Assembly (NCBI GenBank): GCA_965219605.1
Contig: CBDCOC010000001.1
Coordinates: 1,844,229-1,876,228 of the forward strand
Length of the DNA stretch: 32,000 nt
Direction of reading: 5' to 3'
Source of the DNA: Bryobacterales bacterium
GTDB taxonomy: Bacteria; Acidobacteriota; Terriglobia; Bryobacterales; UBA6623
Shown: piece after piece, positions 21,076 through 28,807 of the stretch
How the letters are laid out: each line of letters starts with the position of its first letter
Position numbering within the stretch: the stretch's first letter is position 1
Made by a program: the position numbers and the translations under genes
Notes under the pieces: generated by a model
Told to the model about the DNA's origin: nothing
What the model saw: the letters and a program-made list of their open reading frames with translations, nothing else
Databases searched by the model: none

Positions 21076-21539
21076 CTCCCTATCGCCTTGGTCTGGCTAT
21101 GATTATCTTTGTTTTCAGTCACTTGCCGATGTCCCGTATTGGCACATGAGCGGATCAGTTCGGGGCAAATCGCATCAGTCCAGAGCAGTTCGGAGGGCAG
21201 GGCGGGCCCGAAGTGGCCGCTTCCCTTTAGCTACGACCGCGGCGGCAAGAAGGGCTAGCACGCGATGGTCTGCGGCTTTCCCTGCGCTCTCGATGTTCTT
21301 GCCGACAACACCGTCGATCCGACCAGTTGTAGCGCAAAGGCCAGCCCTGCGCGAACACTTCGGCATCGCCCTGACCTCGCTCGCCCGGCCCGCGATAATA
21401 AAACAAAAATGAATAAGAATGACCTGAATGGCTAGCCTCCCAGCACCCTCGCTCGCCCGATTCCCGCCTACTTGCCACGAGGCACAACCCGATCTTCCCC
21501 CGGCTATCCCCATCCATGCTGCGGTCGCCCTTCGGGATC

Positions 21540-21782
21540 CTACGCGGCCACTCTCTGGCCGCGACGCAAAACCGGCAAAAATAATTTTTCGCTGGGCACT
21601 CGGCATTGCGTCTTTTCATCGCAGCACAGCACGCTCGACTTCTCAGGCGGATAATCGATGAATACCGGGGAATCGGGAGGATCTGGCCACGGAACACCGT
21701 TTGCTTCCATCAATCCGTCGATTACGCTCCAGTCCGTGTGCCCCTCAACGAGCAGCTTCCGGGGATGATTCCCTTTGGCAAC
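21540..21782 (-). pseudogene. Possible Toprim-like (DUF3226/DUF4435/RloB-type) partner remnant
   Basis: Directly after the ATPase TGA, in the same frame: VAKGNHPRKLLVEGHTDWSVIDGLMEANGVPW... The LLVEGxxD motif resembles the N-terminal Toprim glutamate motif of ATPase-associated nucleases. There is no start codon, the frame stops after 80 codons, and I see no recognisable continuation. Confidence 0.3.
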
Positions 21783-23142
21783 TCACCGAACCTCTATGCC
21801 CCGCTCAGCGGCGGCGAGGATAGCTTCCCGGCTGAACCTGACCGCTTCGCTCCGACTCCGGTCGATCCTCTGAATCGTTACTTCGCCGGGCTCGGATTTC
21901 GCGATTACCGCCAAGCTTTCGTAGCAGTCGCGACTGTGGGTCGTGGCGAACACCTGAACCGACAGCATACCCGCCTGTTCATTTATCATCCGCCACATTT
22001 CTTCCATCACCGAGAAGTGCAAGCCGGTGTCGATCTCGTCGACCAACAGGACACCTCCCTCGGAGTTCGCGAGAGAAAGCGCGAGCCCTAGCATCCGCCA
22101 CATTCCATCGCCCACACTTCCGATCGGAACGCGGTCGACAACTTCGCGAAGCTTGATTACCACGCCCCTGGGCGCATCGCGATCAAAGCGGCCACGGTCG
22201 TCTGCAACCAGTGCAATTCGCTCGATGGCCGGCTCAACGATGCGAAGTGCCTGCGCAATGGCCTTTTCCTTGGGTGTCAGGACGAACTTGCTGAACATGC
22301 GAACAGCATCCGCCGCTGTCACGCCCCTGGTTCTAACGAATTGCACCGTCTTGCTCGAGCCGTTTCGTCCGCGCGCCTGCAGTCGAGGCCAGAACAGCAG
22401 TCCTTCATCGGTGAGGGCTGCCTTGTAGTGGTCATCCGGGGCCGACCACTCGACGTGAAGGGCAAGCGGCTCGTCTTCGACGCCGTCTGGCACTTCCGCA
22501 CTCCATTCGTCGCAATTCCGGACGGTCGGGCCCTCGACGTACATCGTCACCGTGTTATTCCAACTCGCTCCAGGGATGTCATCGCTACGGTCCGCTTCGA
22601 TAACTAGTGCTTGCGACAAAAGCATCCATGTCGTTGTATTCAAAACGGTTGCGTGCAATCGACGCAGGCGAAGATTAGGCGGGCAGCGGTCCGTTGGCTC
22701 GGATCCGGCCCATTAGCTGCGATCTTCGCCTGGCGGCAACCCACTACATACCGTGCAGCCTGCTCCAACAAGTCTTTACTTTGTTGACCAATCGGCCCGT
22801 CTTGCTAGTGGAGAACGGATTTTAGGGGGTTTTGTCGCAGGCACTAACTATCCGGCCACCAAGCTCGCGGTTCGCGAAAATATGCGACATATCGAGACCA
22901 TCCGATCGAGTGCCGGGTGGAGCAGTTGGATCCTCGTCGCTCGAGTAGCCCCATTCCCCCCTACGCCGCGCAATGTCTGACAGCACTCTTGGGTTGCCAG
23001 GCGAACACAGCAATTCGATGCACTCCAGAATCGAGGTCTTGCCGCAGTTGTTCGCGCCGACGAGCAGGTTGACGCGGCCGAGCCCTTGCATCTGGAACGA
23101 GTCTAGACCGCGGTAGCCCTGAATTCGTATCGATGAATACAA
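21783..23142 (-). pseudogene. ABC/AAA_21-type ATPase (OLD/AbiL/PARIS-AriA-like) interrupted by the 238-bp element
   Basis: N-terminal part: (TTG)YSSIRIQGYRGLDSF...VNLLVGANNCGKTSILE (Walker A), preceded by GGAG 6 nt upstream. C-terminal part: VLLVDEIDTGLHFSVM (Walker B) and VFATTHSRD (H-loop). The junction GGRIV / IEADR is split by the element at 22607-22844. Confidence 0.8.
22607..22844 (-). mobile_element. MITE-like non-autonomous element, copy 2 (238 bp, inverted relative to copy 1)
   Basis: Termini are GTGCTTGCGACAAAA and TTTTGTCGCAGGCAC. It is flanked by direct TAACTA at 22601-22606 and 22845-22850. Its reverse complement reads identically to 6198-6435 on base-by-base comparison by eye. 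Confidence 0.85.
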
Positions 23143-23300
23143 TGCGCTCTCCGTAACGGTGGAGGTGTTTTAAGCATGACACGCTCAATCACATGCTCCG
23201 GGCGTGGTGCTGTCTCGGTTTAGTCCACTGAACGACCACCGACTGAAAGTCGCTGGCACGGCTAAAGCCGCCTGAGAGGTGCCCAGCTGAAGCCGGCTCA

Positions 23301-23545
23301 TCAGGGCGACTCGGTCGCTACCACTCGGAAGCCCTCTACGTCTTCGTCCCATCTCTGCCCTTCGATGCACTCCCGCACCGCCTGCTCGTCCACTGCCCCC
23401 ACCGTCGCGCAGAAATCCCCCCGTCCGCACAGCCGCTACCCCCAGTACCGCTTCCGCAAATGCGGGAACTCGTCCTGCAACCGCCGTGACGAACGCCCCT
23501 TGCTCTTGCTGTACTCCTAGCTCAGCTCCTGACACGACTCTGTCG
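23301..23545 (-). pseudogene. IS200/IS605-family TnpA (Y1 transposase) C-terminal relic
   Basis: The hand translation gives ...QELS*EYSKSKGRSSRRLQDEFPHLRKRYWG*RLCGRGDFCATVGAVDEQAVRECIEGQRWDEDVEGF. This matches the conserved LKGRSS..L..EFP.L.KRYWGQHLWARGYFC.TVG block. In-frame stops lie at 23517-19 and 23436-38. The N-terminal catalytic half is missing. Confidence 0.65.
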
Positions 23546-23552
23546 CGAAAAT

Positions 23553-23587
23553 TTGACTTAACGTTCATTATCATATACATTGTATAT
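23553..23587 (+). promoter_or_regulatory. Candidate hipBA promoter with overlapping palindromic operator
   Basis: TTGACT (23553-58), N17, TACATT (23576-81). A perfect 7-1-7 palindrome ATATACA-T-TGTATAT (23573-87) is nested in the outer inverted repeat CTTAAC...GTTAAG. It lies 31 nt upstream of the hipB ATG. Confidence 0.45.
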
Positions 23588-23617
23588 GTTAAGGATTGCA
23601 AACGTGGATTTTATAGC

Positions 23618-23959
23618 ATGAAGAAGAATCCATTCTCAAACGTGCCTATACCCGTCGGCCACGCCCTGCGTAAGTTGGGGCACGATATCCGGGATGCGCG
23701 CCGCCGCCGCCGCATCCCCGTAGCGATCCTAGCCGAGCGAGCGTCTGTCAGCCGCACCACCTTGAGCAAGGTCGAGAAGGGCGAGACCGGCGTCTCGCTG
23801 GGTATCTACGCCACTGTGCTTTTCGTGCTGGGCATGATCGACCGGCTCGCCGATGTCGCCGACCCGCGACATGATTCCGTCGGCCTTGCGCTTGAGGAGG
23901 AGCACCTGCCGGAACGCATCCGGCTCCCCCGCCCCGGCAAGCCCAAAGGTGCGGCGTGA
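23618..23959 (+). CDS. hipB: XRE-family HTH antitoxin (HipB-like)
   Basis: HALRKLGHDIRDARRRRRIPVAILAERASVSRTTLSKVEKGETGVSLGIYATVLFVLG is an XRE helix-turn-helix. Its stop overlaps the hipA start. Confidence 0.8.
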   Translation: MKKNPFSNVPIPVGHALRKLGHDIRDARRRRRIPVAILAERASVSRTTLSKVEKGETGVSLGIYATVLFVLGMIDRLADVADPRHDSVGLALEEEHLPERIRLPRPGKPKGAA

Positions 23960-25215
23960 TGGATCGCAACATCCTCGTCTATGTGGACCTGCTCGGCACT
24001 CCCCATCTCGTTGGACGGCTCTGGGCGCGCACGCACCGCAACAAGGAAGGAGCCACGTTTCAATATGCCGACAGCTGGCTCGTCAACCCTAATCGTTTCT
24101 CGCTGGAGCCGGCGCTCACAGTTGGGCCCGGCCCCTTTCACGCCCCATCCGACAAGCCCCTGTTCGGAGCCCTCGGCGACTCAGTCCCGGACCGCTGGGG
24201 ACGCGTGCTCATGCGCCGTGCCGAGCGCCGCCGTGCGGAATCGCAGCACGAGACGCCGCGCACGCTCCGGCAAATCGACTGCCTGCTGCTGGTGGACGAT
24301 GAGGCCCGCCAGGGCGCATTGCGTTTTGCGGAACAAGAAGACGGACCGTTCCTGGCCCCGCAGGGACCAACAAGGATCCCGCCGCTCGTCGAACTTCCCC
24401 GCCTGCTTTCCGCCGCCGAGCATATCCTAGAGGACACCGATACCAACCAAGATTTGCGTCTGCTTCTTGCCCCCGGCTCATCTCTCGGGGGCGCACGGCC
24501 CAAGGCATCGGTCCGTGACCGCAACGGGCATCTCACAATCGCTAAGTTCCCCAGCCCGAGCGACGAAATCAAGACGGTGCTCTGGGAGGCCGTCGCCCTG
24601 ACGCTCGCCGCGAGGGCCGGCATTGCCGTCCCGTCCTGGCAGCTCGAAACCGTCGCCGACAAGCCGGTCCTCTTGCTCCGGCGCTTCGACCGGGAGGACG
24701 GCGCGCGCATCCCGTTTCTCTCAGCAATGAGCATGCTTGGCGCACGGGACAACGAAACGCGGAGTTATCTCGAATTCGTCGATGTCCTGCGCCGGTACGG
24801 CGCAGCACCAGAGGCCGATATGCAGGCCCTGTGGCGGCGCATCGTCTTCAGCATCCTGATCTCCAACACCGACGACCATCTGCGCAACCATGGCTTTCTC
24901 TATGCCGATCTGTCCGGCTGGCGTCTCTCCCCGGCCTACGACCTCAACCCAGTGCCCACCGAAGTCAAGCCGCGTGTGCTCTCAACGGCCATCGATCTTG
25001 ACGATACGACGGCCTCTCTTGACCGCGCACTGGAGGTGTCGTCGTATTTCGGGTTGGAACTGGGAAAATCCCAGCGCATCGCCAAGGAAGTGGCACAAGC
25101 GGTTGCGCCATGGCGAAGCGAGGCAGCCGCGCTCGGCCTGACCTCCGCCGAGATCGACCGCATGGCCTCCGCCTTCGAACACGACGACCTCAAGGCGGCA
25201 CGACGCGGCAGTTGA
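23956..25215 (+). CDS. hipA: Type II toxin HipA-family serine/threonine kinase
   Basis: N-terminal couple_hipA-like VYVDLLGTPHLVGRLW, then GALGDSVPDRWGR, LAPGSSLGGARPKASV, NTDDHLRNHGFLY and LSPAYDLNP. The start is GTG at 23956 or ATG at 23959. Confidence 0.9.
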   Translation: MMDRNILVYVDLLGTPHLVGRLWARTHRNKEGATFQYADSWLVNPNRFSLEPALTVGPGPFHAPSDKPLFGALGDSVPDRWGRVLMRRAERRRAESQHETPRTLRQIDCLLLVDDEARQGALRFAEQEDGPFLAPQGPTRIPPLVELPRLLSAAEHILEDTDTNQDLRLLLAPGSSLGGARPKASVRDRNGHLTIAKFPSPSDEIKTVLWEAVALTLAARAGIAVPSWQLETVADKPVLLLRRFDREDGARIPFLSAMSMLGARDNETRSYLEFVDVLRRYGAAPEADMQALWRRIVFSILISNTDDHLRNHGFLYADLSGWRLSPAYDLNPVPTEVKPRVLSTAIDLDDTTASLDRALEVSSYFGLELGKSQRIAKEVAQAVAPWRSEAAALGLTSAEIDRMASAFEHDDLKAARRGS

Positions 25216-25343
25216 TTCCTTGCGAGTACCTCGCACCAACGCAGCCATTCGATCACTCTCGCATGAAGATGCAAGAGCGGGTAGACGGATCGCCGCAGCC
25301 TGCCGGCGATCTCTTCGTGACCAGCCCGGGCGATCGACCGTAG

Positions 25344-25478
25344 CTCCTTGCGAAACCGCTCGTTTGGGAGGATTGGCACCTTGCCGAGCAGCGGCTGGTC
25401 GATCTCCAGTCCGGGACACCTCCAGCCGTCCCGCTGGAAGAGGTGATCGAACTCTATGGCTTGGAGAGTCGAGATTGA
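25344..25478 (+). pseudogene. C-terminal remnant of a RelB/ParD-type antitoxin
   Basis: ...VWEDWHLAEQRLVDLQSGTPPAVPLEEVIELYGLESRD* resembles antitoxin tails paired with RelE/ParE toxins. An upstream stop at 25341 removes the DNA-binding N-terminus. Confidence 0.4.
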
Positions 25479-25725
25479 GCGCGCCGCCGTGCGCGACTTG
25501 GGCAAGCTCGACCGACAGGCGGCACGGCGCATTCTGGCGTTTCTGCACGGACGAATTACCGCGCTGGGCGACCCGCGCGGCATCGGCGAGGCGCTCAAGG
25601 GTTCGCGACGCGGCGAGTTTTGAAAATATCAGGCGGGCGATTATCGGATCATCCCCCGCATGGAGGGCGATGCTTCGCGAGTCTTGGTGGTGAGAGCCGC
25701 CCGTCGCGACAGAGTGTACAGGCAA
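25456..25725 (+). pseudogene. RelE/ParE-family toxin with an in-frame TGA
   Basis: MAWRVEIERAAVRDLGKLDRQAARRILAFLHGRITALGDPRGIGEALKGSRRGEF*KYQAGDYRIIPRMEGDASRVLVVRAARRDRVYR. The stop at 25621-23 sits where the family has a conserved Trp. The native 3' end is replaced by IS1595-relic sequence. Confidence 0.7.
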
Positions 25726-25814
25726 GCGTTACATGGCAGTCGGAAAACACGGCACGCTGCCAGAACGGCTTGGTTTCGATCCAGGAAACCATGGCCCCTT
25801 GGCCAAAGCAAGAC

Positions 25815-26385
25815 CCGATTACCCAGCAGTTCCAGCCGCAGACAGGAGGCGAAGCGTTCGGGGGGGCGTGCGGCGGCATACACGAGGCGAGGCACGAGAG
25901 CAGCAAACTGGTAGCGTCGATTGAAGCGGTAGGAAAACTCGGCCAGATAGCGCCTCTCGCAAGCGGGGTAGATGCCGTCGATGGCCCGCTTGACGTTGCC
26001 CAGCAAGGTGTTCACCCAACTCAATCCCGGTGCCTCGCAACGGCCTTTACCGCCGACGGCAGCGGGCCGGAAGCAAGCCAGCCACCGGAACTCAGCCGTA
26101 GCCGCCCGAGATGCCTCTCCGCGCTGACTTGCGCCGCCGCTACAAAGGCTGTCTTGCTGGCCGCCCCACGCCCGCGCTTGCCGCCGCGGCTATCGCCGCC
26201 CAAGTCGGCGTCATCGCGGGCGGCAATGCCGCGCAGCCGCTGGCTTTCATCCCGCTCGCGCATGGCTTGCATTAGTTTGTGCTTCATGCTCCAAGCAGTG
26301 TTGTAGCTGACACCTAACCCAAGTTCTGGACCTCCTAGCGCTGAACTCTGTTCTTGGCATAGGTAACTTCTTAAAAATCAGATAG
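25815..26385 (-). pseudogene. IS1595-family transposase relic
   Basis: GVSYNTAWSMKHKLMQAMRERDESQRL...DDADLGGDSRGGKRGRGAASKTAFVAAAQ, then in another frame LACFRPAAVGGKG...SWVNTLLGNVKRAIDGIY...YLAEFSYRFNRRY. It is frameshifted and internally deleted, and the N-terminal zinc-ribbon part is absent. Boundaries are approximate. Confidence 0.7.
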
Positions 26386-26624
26386 TTGTCACACATCAAG
26401 CAGTATCTACGTCGATCATTCGGGATCAAGAATTCGCAATTCCGGCCACTTCGGTTCGGCTGTGAATGCGAGGGGAGGCAGAATTCCCTATACTTGCTAC
26501 AGCTGCCTGCTTGCTCCGACCCGATTCAACCCCGCGTCCGAACGGGCGGAGGCCATGCCAGCAGGTGCCACTTCTGAGCCAAGAGCGGTCCAAGTCAGGA
26601 TTGCAGGAGCAAGAGAGCGCATTC

Positions 26625-27776
26625 ATGGCAGCGATGGGGTCGATCTTGGTGCTAGCAGCGGGTGCGATGTTTCTATCGCAGCCGCTGGCAGCGCAGTTGG
26701 CAAGGGATGCTACGGGCATCGCTGCAGATCCAACTGCTGAGCCAGTGGCTCTGTCTCCGCCGGATCCGGAAATGACCGCGTACATTTCGGGAAGAGTGCA
26801 AATGGCCACCGGCGGCGTGGTGCCCAAGGAGACAGTCGCACAACTCGTCTGCGGCGGCTTTCCGCGCGCCACCGATCAGGTCGGACCCGATGGCACCTTC
26901 GACATCGAACTGTCGGGCAGGGGCAGCGGCCTCGCCGACGCCACGCAAGTCGCAGGCCAAGCCTTGGGAGTGCCCCAGCCTAACCACCTCGGCATTGCCA
27001 ACATGTCCAACTGCGTCGTGCGGGCCGAGCTTTCGGGCTACCAGTCCTCCGAGATCCAACTCGGCATTCGATCGCTGTTCGACAACCCTGACGTCGGCGA
27101 GGTGATCCTCTCAAAGGCTGAAGGCGTTCTGGGGCATGCCATCAGCCCCACGATTGCCCGCGCGCCGAAGAAGGCCGTGCAGGCTTACGAATGGGCGCTG
27201 AAGCAGATCGGCAAGCCGAGCCCCAGCCTAGGCAAGGTAGCCGCGCGCCTGGAATCAGCCGTGAAAACAGACCCGAGCTTCGCGGCCGCATGGAGACTTC
27301 TGGGTCAGGTCCGGGAAGGCCTCGGAATGCCCGAGGATGCGCTGGCCGCCTACAGGCAGGCAGTGGCTGGCGACCCGTATCTTTATCCCGTTTACAAGCG
27401 TATCGTGCCGTTGCTGGTCGGGTTTGGCGACCTCGCCGGCGCAATCGAAATGGGAGAGAGGGCATTGGAGGTGAACAACCATCTTGACGATGTGAGATTC
27501 TATGTTGCCGGCGCATACCTGCGCACCGGAAATAACGAGCAGTGCATCGAGAAGTCCTTGGAACTGATCGAGAGAGAGTCGACAGACACCTATCCGCAAG
27601 CCCACCAGTTCTTGGGGGCCGCCTATGCGAACAGCGGAGAGTTCCAATCCTCGGCAACACACTTCCGGCGATTTCTCGAACTCAGACCCGATGCGACCGC
27701 CGCTGATGCTATCAGGAATCAGCTCGACGAGTGGTCCAAGCTGGGCGTGATCGCCCCCGTCGGCGCGGCAAACTGA
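26625..27776 (+). CDS. Secreted carboxypeptidase-regulatory-like / tetratricopeptide repeat protein
   Basis: Signal peptide MAAMGSILVLAAGAMFLSQPLAAQ, then ISGRVQMATGGVVPKETV...GPDGTFDIEL (CarboxypepD_reg-like), then several TPR-like helix pairs (AAWRLLGQV...DALAAYRQAVAGDP, AHQFLGAAYANSGEFQSSATHFRRFLELRPD). Confidence 0.8.
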   Translation: MAAMGSILVLAAGAMFLSQPLAAQLARDATGIAADPTAEPVALSPPDPEMTAYISGRVQMATGGVVPKETVAQLVCGGFPRATDQVGPDGTFDIELSGRGSGLADATQVAGQALGVPQPNHLGIANMSNCVVRAELSGYQSSEIQLGIRSLFDNPDVGEVILSKAEGVLGHAISPTIARAPKKAVQAYEWALKQIGKPSPSLGKVAARLESAVKTDPSFAAAWRLLGQVREGLGMPEDALAAYRQAVAGDPYLYPVYKRIVPLLVGFGDLAGAIEMGERALEVNNHLDDVRFYVAGAYLRTGNNEQCIEKSLELIERESTDTYPQAHQFLGAAYANSGEFQSSATHFRRFLELRPDATAADAIRNQLDEWSKLGVIAPVGAAN

Positions 27777-27974
27777 TTCTATCCGAAGGGGATGCCCGTG
27801 CATTGCCGTTAGCCGGCAGGCGCTGGCAGTTCGCAGACGGCGCGGGTGACGCCTTGCTTCTACAGCCAGTTGCTCAAGTCTCGCTGTCGCCACCTGCGGC
27901 AGTGCCAGCAGGGGACCGATGGCAGTGGCGGCAATTCCTTTTGCAGTACTCTCCAGCACAGGCGGCCAAAGCGC

Positions 27975-28547
27975 TCATTCTTTGAGCCGGCGCGCGACTT
28001 CAGCCAAGCGCGCGCCGAGATTGCGGGCTTCCTCGGACTCGTGCTCGCCGACGCCTTTCTCATAGTCTGGAATTCCAGTCGTGGCCGAGGCTCCCAGTCC
28101 GCCATGCGGCGCGACTAGGACCATGCCGTACTGCAGCATGCCGAGTGCCATGCTCAACATCGTGAACTCCTTGCCGTTCGATGCCGCTCCTCCGGTGGCG
28201 AAGACTGCACAGGCCTTGTTGGCGAGTCCCTTGCTGCGCCAGAATCCGAAGCCGTAGGCCCAGCCCACCAATGCCTTGCGGATCGCGACGGAGACATCTC
28301 CCATATGCACTGGCGATCCCAGCGCGACGCCATCCGCCGCTTCCAAATCTTCTTGCGTGACGTCCTCAATGCGCTTCACCACGACAGCGGCTCCCTGTCT
28401 CCGAGCCCCCTCGGCAAGGGCGTTCGCCATTGCCTCGGTGTTGCCTGTTTGCGAGTGAAAGGCCACCAGCACAGCAACCTCTCGTCCGGCGCCATGAAGC
28501 GCGCCGCTACAAAGCACAAGTACGCAGATTAGCTTGTTGAGTCGCAT
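27975..28547 (-). CDS. Flavodoxin-like fold (WrbA-type) protein with N-terminal signal peptide
   Basis: MRLNKLICVLVLCSGALHG leader, then VLVAFHSQTGNTEAMANALAEG (FMN phosphate-binding loop context) and DGVALGSPVHMGDVS. Confidence 0.8.
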   Translation of the reverse strand: MRLNKLICVLVLCSGALHGAGREVAVLVAFHSQTGNTEAMANALAEGARRQGAAVVVKRIEDVTQEDLEAADGVALGSPVHMGDVSVAIRKALVGWAYGFGFWRSKGLANKACAVFATGGAASNGKEFTMLSMALGMLQYGMVLVAPHGGLGASATTGIPDYEKGVGEHESEEARNLGARLAEVARRLKE

Positions 28548-28807
28548 GGCAGTGCCGCAGTGTCTCGCCTACGCTCATTGCAGGCAGATGGCTTCAGTTT
28601 AGCCCGCCAGCCTTTCTGCGGGCATGGACGCAGGCCGCGATTCGGCCACGACTGGCGGCTTGCAAGTGTCGACGAGAGATGTCCGTGCGTGCTAACGCTG
28701 GTGCGCGATCCACGGGCGGCCATGCCCGGTCACCTTGCATCCGTCTCCCTGCCCGTCCATGCCGGAGCAGACGGAGTGCTCCCTTCTCAGCGTGTCAAAA
28801 ACTGTAC

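Noticed and set aside
21076-21539. Search for an integrase or the remainder of the Toprim-like gene next to tRNA-Cys.
   Set aside because: Translating all three minus frames and the listed plus ORFs by hand gave no tyrosine- or serine-recombinase or nuclease motifs. It is left as unassigned, probably eroded DNA.
23185-23601. 138-aa minus-strand ORF between the ATPase and hipB.
   Set aside because: It is out of frame with the IS200 TnpA similarity found in the same DNA, and its sequence is low complexity.
25216-25343. Minus-strand peptide ERFRKELRSIARAGHEEIAGRLRRSVYPLL, possibly a resolvase-type HTH fragment.
   Set aside because: The resemblance is vague and short, and there is no catalytic-domain sequence nearby.
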